A stretch of DNA of 64,000 nucleotides from Rebecca billardiae RCC1528. Lineage: Eukaryota; Protista; Haptophyta. The stretch spans positions 558,001 to 622,000 of the forward strand of contig OZ251242.1 of assembly GCA_965240325.2 (NCBI GenBank), in the 5' to 3' direction. Within the stretch, counting starts at the first letter, position 1. Each line of letters begins with the position of its first letter. Positions 59,267-64,000 of the stretch are shown piece after piece. Under the pieces are notes generated by a model, which was given only the letters and a program-made list of their open reading frames with translations, did no database searches and had not been told where the DNA came from. Position numbers and translations under genes: made by a program.

Positions 59267-60381
59267 ATGCCGCAAGCGACGTACGAGTCCAAGCGCGGCT
59301 CGGCGATCGAGTCGGCCGTGGGCGGGCTCACCGCCTCGGTCTTCTCCGCCGTATACATCCTCGCGCCCCTATGGATCATCGCCGCCGTCGTCGGCCTCGT
59401 CTGGATGCCGAGCGCGCTCGCCACGCGAATCCTGGTGATCCCCCTGGCCGTCTCCATCCTGATCCCGCCGATGCCGGCCAAGTGGCTGCTGCAGCAATGG
59501 CCGCTGCAGTGCATCCCGAAGTACTTTCAGTACCGCGAGGTCCTCGAGATTGACGACGCCGCCCTCGAGCAGGTGATGAATTCGCGTGCCCACATCTTCA
59601 CCGCCGTGCCGCACGGCGTGATCTCATACGGTGCGGTGCGCCTCGCCGCGCCAGCCGGCCTCTGCGCGACGTCCGTGGCCGCCGTGCGAGCGCGCCGCGC
59701 TGCGACTCGAGGTGCGCAGCGCGTTGACTGCACGCCCACGCGCGCCGTCGCCCGCGGCGGTGTGCCGGTGCAGTCGGCATCTGCTCTGCGATCGTGCGCG
59801 CGAGCTGGCACCTGTACGAGGCGCTGCCGACTGCGGCGGCGACGGTGCTGCTGCGCTTCCCGTTCATGAAGAACGTGCTCGGCGTGTTCGGCCTGGTCGA
59901 CGCCTCGCGCGACTCGTTGCAGAAGAGGCTGAGCGGCGGCGGCCACGTGGTGCTCTACCTGGGCGGCATCGCCGAGCTCTTCCTCTCCTCGCCCACCTCA
60001 GAGGCGGTCTACCTCAAGAAGCGCGCGGGCTTCATCAAGCTCGCGCTGCAGACGGGCGCGGACGTCGTGCCGCTCTACCTCTTTGGGAACACGTCTGTGC
60101 TCTCCGTCGTCTCGACCGGCCCGCTCGCCGCGCTCTCGCGCAAGCTGCAGATGTCGTTCACCCTCTTCTGGGGCCGTTGGGGCCTGCCCGTGCCGCGGCC
60201 CCGGCCGCTGCTGTACGTCCGCGGCAAGCCGCTCGGCCTGCCCGTCGTCGCCCCGGAGAAGATCACGGATGAACTCGTGGCGGAGTGGCACGGCAAGTTC
60301 CTTCGTGAGGTGGAGAGGCTGTACAGCACGTACCGTGAGCTCAACGTTGACTACAAGGACAAGCCACTCGAGGTGCAGTGA
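59267..60381 (+). CDS. DGAT2: Diacylglycerol/monoacylglycerol acyltransferase, DGAT2 family (intron 59631-59773)
   Basis: YF, PHG, GGIAE, RAGFIKLALQTGADVVPLYLFG, FWGRWGLPVP. Confidence 0.92.
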
Positions 60382-60889
60382 TGCTGCTGATGACGAAGTG
60401 CGTACGACATCAAGCAAGTCATCGCGCGCGCGCATGCAGTGTCGCGTGCCACTACAAGTACTGATCCGTGATCGCGTCGTCTGATGTTGTCATGCCGAAC
60501 GTGTTCAGCACAGGTTCACTCCACGACGCTGCCACCGCGCGGCCCGGGCGGCCGGCCAGCCGCGCTCATCAGCTGGCCAGCATCGCGCGCGCTTATTTCA
60601 ATAATAACATATATGTATATATATGTGGGGTTATTGGTACAATAAGGTGTACCCTGTGATTTTTGCAGGAATCTGTAGTGTCACGGCACCCTCCCCCCCT
60701 GCCCCTAGGGGGCCCATAGGGGCGACCCCCCAGATACCCAGGCTGAGCGGCTTTCTACCCCTCTGTAGGGACATGTCCCGGAAGTCACCGGCTGCCCATA
60801 GTGTGCACGACACTGTTTGATTCCTCTGTATAGTCAGCGACGGTCCGCGCGCGCGCCGCCGCGCCGCGGCGCCGCCAGCTGCCGCTGGC

Positions 60890-61920
60890 GGCGGCCGCCC
60901 GCCGCGCCGCGCCAAGACCCCCCCCCCACCCGACCGCCCGACCCGACCCGACTGCCCGACTGCCAGTGCCACGCCGCGCCAAGACCCCCCCCACCCGACC
61001 GCCCGACCCGACCCGACCGCCCGACTGCCACGCCAGTCCGGGGCTAGTCCGGGCCAGTCCGGGCCATGGCCGCCGCGCCGCCGCCGCGCCAACCAAGACC
61101 CCCCCCCCCCACCCGACCGCCCGACCCGACCCGACTGCCCGACTGCCAGTGCCACGCCGCGCCAAGACCCCCCCCCCACCCGACCGCCCGACCCGACCCG
61201 ACCGCCCGACTGCCACGCCAGTCCGGGGCTAGTCCGGGCCAGTCCGGGCCATGGCCGCCGCGCCGCCGCCGCGCCAAGACCCCCCCCCCCCCACCCGACC
61301 GCGCCCGACCCGACCCGACTGCCCGACTGCCAGTGCCACGCCGCGCCAAGACCCCCCCCCCCCACCCGACCGCCCGACCCGACCCGACTGCCCGACTGCC
61401 ACGCCAGTCCGGGGCTAGTCCGGGCCAGTCCGGGCCATGGCCGCCGCGCCGCCCGCGGCCGCGCCAAGACCGCCCCCCCCCCCCGACCCGACCGCCCGAC
61501 CCGACCCGACTGCCCGACTGCCAGTGCCACGCCGCGCCAAGACCCCCCCCCCCCCCCCCCACCCGACCGCCCGACCCGACCCGACCGCCCGACTGCCACG
61601 CCAGTCCGGGGCTAGTCCGGGCCAGTCCGGGCCATGGCCGCCGCGCCGCCGCCGCGCCAAGACCCCAGCGGCCCCCCCCCACCCGACCGCCCGACCCGAC
61701 CCGACTGCCCGACTGCCAGTGCCGCGCCGCGCCAAGACCCCCCCCCCCACCCGACCGCCCGACCCGACCCGACTGCCCGACTGCCATGCCAGTCCGGGGC
61801 TGCCACGCCAGTCCGGGGCTAGTCCGGACCAGTCCGGGCCATGGCCGCCGCGCCGCGCCGCGCCAAGACCCCCCCCCCCCCCCCGGTCGCCCGACCCGAC
61901 CCGACTGCCCGACTCGGGGC
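60890..61920. repeat. Higher-order tandem repeat (~185-205 bp unit, ~5 copies), C-rich on the + strand
   Basis: Each unit has two subunits GCCAAGACC(C)nACCCGACCGCCCGACCCGACCCGAC... plus a triple AGTCCGGG motif. Confidence 0.95.
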
Positions 61921-61949
61921 CACGCCCCGGCCGCCCGGCCGGGGCACAA

Positions 61950-62480
61950 CGCGCGCGCGCCGCGCTGGGTGGACAAATGGGGGCGTGGCGCGCGCGCGCG
62001 CGCCGTCGCGCGGCCGACGACCTCGGTCGCCAGCGCGCTCGCCGCGCGACCGCGGCGCGCGTGGCCGGGTGCGCACGCCGCGGGCGGCGCAGCGCGAGGA
62101 CGGACGGGTCGCCGCGCCGCGCAGCGCGCGCGCCGCGCCGGGTGGACAAATGGGGGCGTGGCGCGCGCGCGCGCGCCGTCGCACGGCTGACGACCTTGGC
62201 CGCGCGCGCGGGCCCCGCGCGCGCGCGCGCGCCGCGCCGGGTGGACAAATGGGGGCGTGGCGCGCGCGCGCGCGCCGTGCGGCCGACGACCTCGGTCGCC
62301 AGCGCGCTCGCCGCGCGACCGCGGCGCGCGTGGCCGGACGCGCACGCTGCGGGCGGCGCCGAGCGCGAGGAGACGGGTCGATGCGCCGCGCACGAGCGGC
62401 CCGCCCGGCTGAGCCAACCGTGACTGCCCGCCGCGCCGTGCGCGCGCCTTGTCCGGGTGGACAAATGGGGGCGTGGGGGC
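61950..62480. repeat. Four copies of GGGTGGACAAATGGGGGCGTGG with shared flanks
   Basis: Copies at approximately 61967, 62140, 62238 and 62455. Confidence 0.92.
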
Positions 62481-62744
62481 GCCGGCGCCGCATCATCGTG
62501 GGCACGTAGGCGTTCGACCGCTCAGCCGCGCAGCTTCTTCCAACCAACTCCGATATGTATAATTCTGAATAATATATAATAATGCTGACGTCGTCTGCCC
62601 GTCCGCACTGACCACTGTGTGCTGAGGATGCATTCTGACCGATACGCGACTGTTGCAGTTATTGATTGCCGCGTCGTCGTCCTAACTCTATTAAACTCAG
62701 ACTAACATTAACAAGTGGCGCGGCCGAGCAGCTAGCTGCAGCAG

Positions 62745-64000
62745 CTAAGTTCCATCGAAGGCGTCGGAGCAGGGCGCCGCAAACGTCTGGCCAGGGGCGG
62801 GCAGCGCCGCGGCGGTGCCGCAGCCGGCCTCACGGGCGGGCTGCTGCGCGGGGCCGCAGCACCCGCGCGCGCACGCGCCGCTGGGCAGATGGCGGTACGG
62901 TAGCCCCCGGAGGCGAACGGCGCGCGCGCCGCGCCGGCCGCCAGCAGCGGCGACGCACACGGGATCACCGCAGCACAGGTCCATGCCGTCGGCGTTGGCG
63001 ACGTAGTAGACGGTCCTGCTCGCATGCTCGCCGCGCTTGCGCTCGCACCACCTGCTCGTGGTCGAGCACGTCGCGATGCGGCCGTGCGGCGTGCTCCCTG
63101 CGTACACCCGCTGGACGCGCGGCCAGTGCCCGGTGGCGCCTGCGCCGGCCGCGTGCGCGTCGAGCTGCGCGTTGAGCCACGCGACGAGCGCGCCGCGCCC
63201 CGCGGCGCGCGCGCAGAGCGGCGCCTGCGGGTGGGGCGGCGGGCACGGCGGCGCACGCCGCGCCGCCGCCGGCGCGCCGGGGCGGGCGCTGCCCGCCGCG
63301 GCGCTCGCGGCGAACTCGAAGCGCTCGGTGCGCAGCCGCGTCAGCGCGAGCCAACGCGCCGGCTCGCAGCGCTGCCGCAGGGCGTGCCCGGCCGGCAGCG
63401 CCGAGAGCCAGGCGCAGCGCACGACGCCCGAGCCGTCGGCAGCGACGACGGCGGCGGGCAGGTAGGGCGGGCCGCCGTCCGCCTTGGCCGTGAACGGCAA
63501 GCGCAAGCCGGAGCGGTAGATCGACCCATCGACCTCGGCCTTGGCAAAGAGGGCGCGCACAGGGCTCGCCTGCAGCCGCACGTCCAGCTCCCGCGCGACG
63601 CGCTGCGCCTCCGAGGAGCTCAGGACCGCACTGTCGCCCCAGGTGGCGTGCAGGCCCGCGCGGAACAGGCCGGCGTCGTCCGCGGCGACCCCGGGGCGCG
63701 AGGGCGTCGCCGCGCGCGCCGAGACGTGCACGGCGTGGCCGCGCGCGGGACGGGGCACGCCGTGGAACGCAGCGTCTGCCGCGTCGTAGAGGTCGACGAG
63801 CAGCGCGGCGAGGGCGTCGTACGAGGGCATGCGGGAGAAGCGCAGATCCACGTCGACGCCGAACCGCGCGCGCGCGCCGAACGTCTCGACGACCATGGGC
63901 GCGCGCGCGCCAAGCAGCGCGTACGACGACGCGACGAGCGCGTCCAGCCGCGGCAGAGAGGCGCTCGGCACGTGCAGCCGACCGCCCACCCTGTGGCCGT
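62745..64000 (-). CDS. Archaeo-eukaryotic primase/PrimPol of the NCLDV-herpes clade with C-terminal UL52-type zinc finger; 5' end outside window
   Basis: GGRLHVP...VVE...RFGVDVD (motif A), GLHATW (motif B), VDGSIY..GLRLPFTAK (motif C), and zinc finger SRWCERKRGEHASRTVYY...CCGDPVC. No introns seen. Confidence 0.82.
   Translation of the reverse strand, partial: GHRVGGRLHVPSASLPRLDALVASSYALLGARAPMVVETFGARARFGVDVDLRFSRMPSYDALAALLVDLYDAADAAFHGVPRPARGHAVHVSARAATPSRPGVAADDAGLFRAGLHATWGDSAVLSSSEAQRVARELDVRLQASPVRALFAKAEVDGSIYRSGLRLPFTAKADGGPPYLPAAVVAADGSGVVRCAWLSALPAGHALRQRCEPARWLALTRLRTERFEFAASAAAGSARPGAPAAARRAPPCPPPHPQAPLCARAAGRGALVAWLNAQLDAHAAGAGATGHWPRVQRVYAGSTPHGRIATCSTTSRWCERKRGEHASRTVYYVANADGMDLCCGDPVCVAAAGGRRGARAVRLRGLPYRHLPSGACARGCCGPAQQPAREAGCGTAAALPAPGQTFAAPCSDAFDGT

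Noticed and set aside
60631-62547. ORFs within the tandem repeat block; telomeric repeat
   Set aside because: The translations are repeat-derived in all frames, and no TTAGGG-type array is present.

Overview
Very GC-rich, compact eukaryotic DNA with short GC-rich spliceosomal introns (GT-AG, mostly GTGCG donors). The composition and gene style suggest a haptophyte-like microalga (Pavlovophyceae-like; inference only). About 17 protein genes can be supported: an EF-hand + DUF4062/NWD-like protein, a MYND protein, an I9-type inhibitor, a Frag1/DRAM-like membrane protein, a PAI-like FAD PUFA isomerase, a membrane-bound double patatin, DUF1877, an MDH1B-N + pseudo-beta-carbonic anhydrase, a HYKK-like kinase, a large IPT/G8/beta-helix surface protein with 5 tandem domains, a secreted hypothetical protein, a ketopantoate-reductase-like protein, THOC2, a GT-like protein, a methyltransferase, a sulfotransferase and DGAT2. 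The mobilome is rich: three ~0.9 kb MITE copies with 4-bp TSDs, a Galileo/P-like foldback element with a 7-bp TSD and a nested insert, a probable P-type excision footprint, and a 5'-truncated retroposon family. The two most interesting loci are (i) an NCLDV-type AEP primase at the right edge, next to a ~1.9 kb structured tandem-repeat block, possibly the end of an endogenous viral element, and (ii) a head-to-head patatin / PUFA-isomerase pair whose shared upstream region is almost entirely nested transposons. All family assignments come from recalled motifs; no searches were run.
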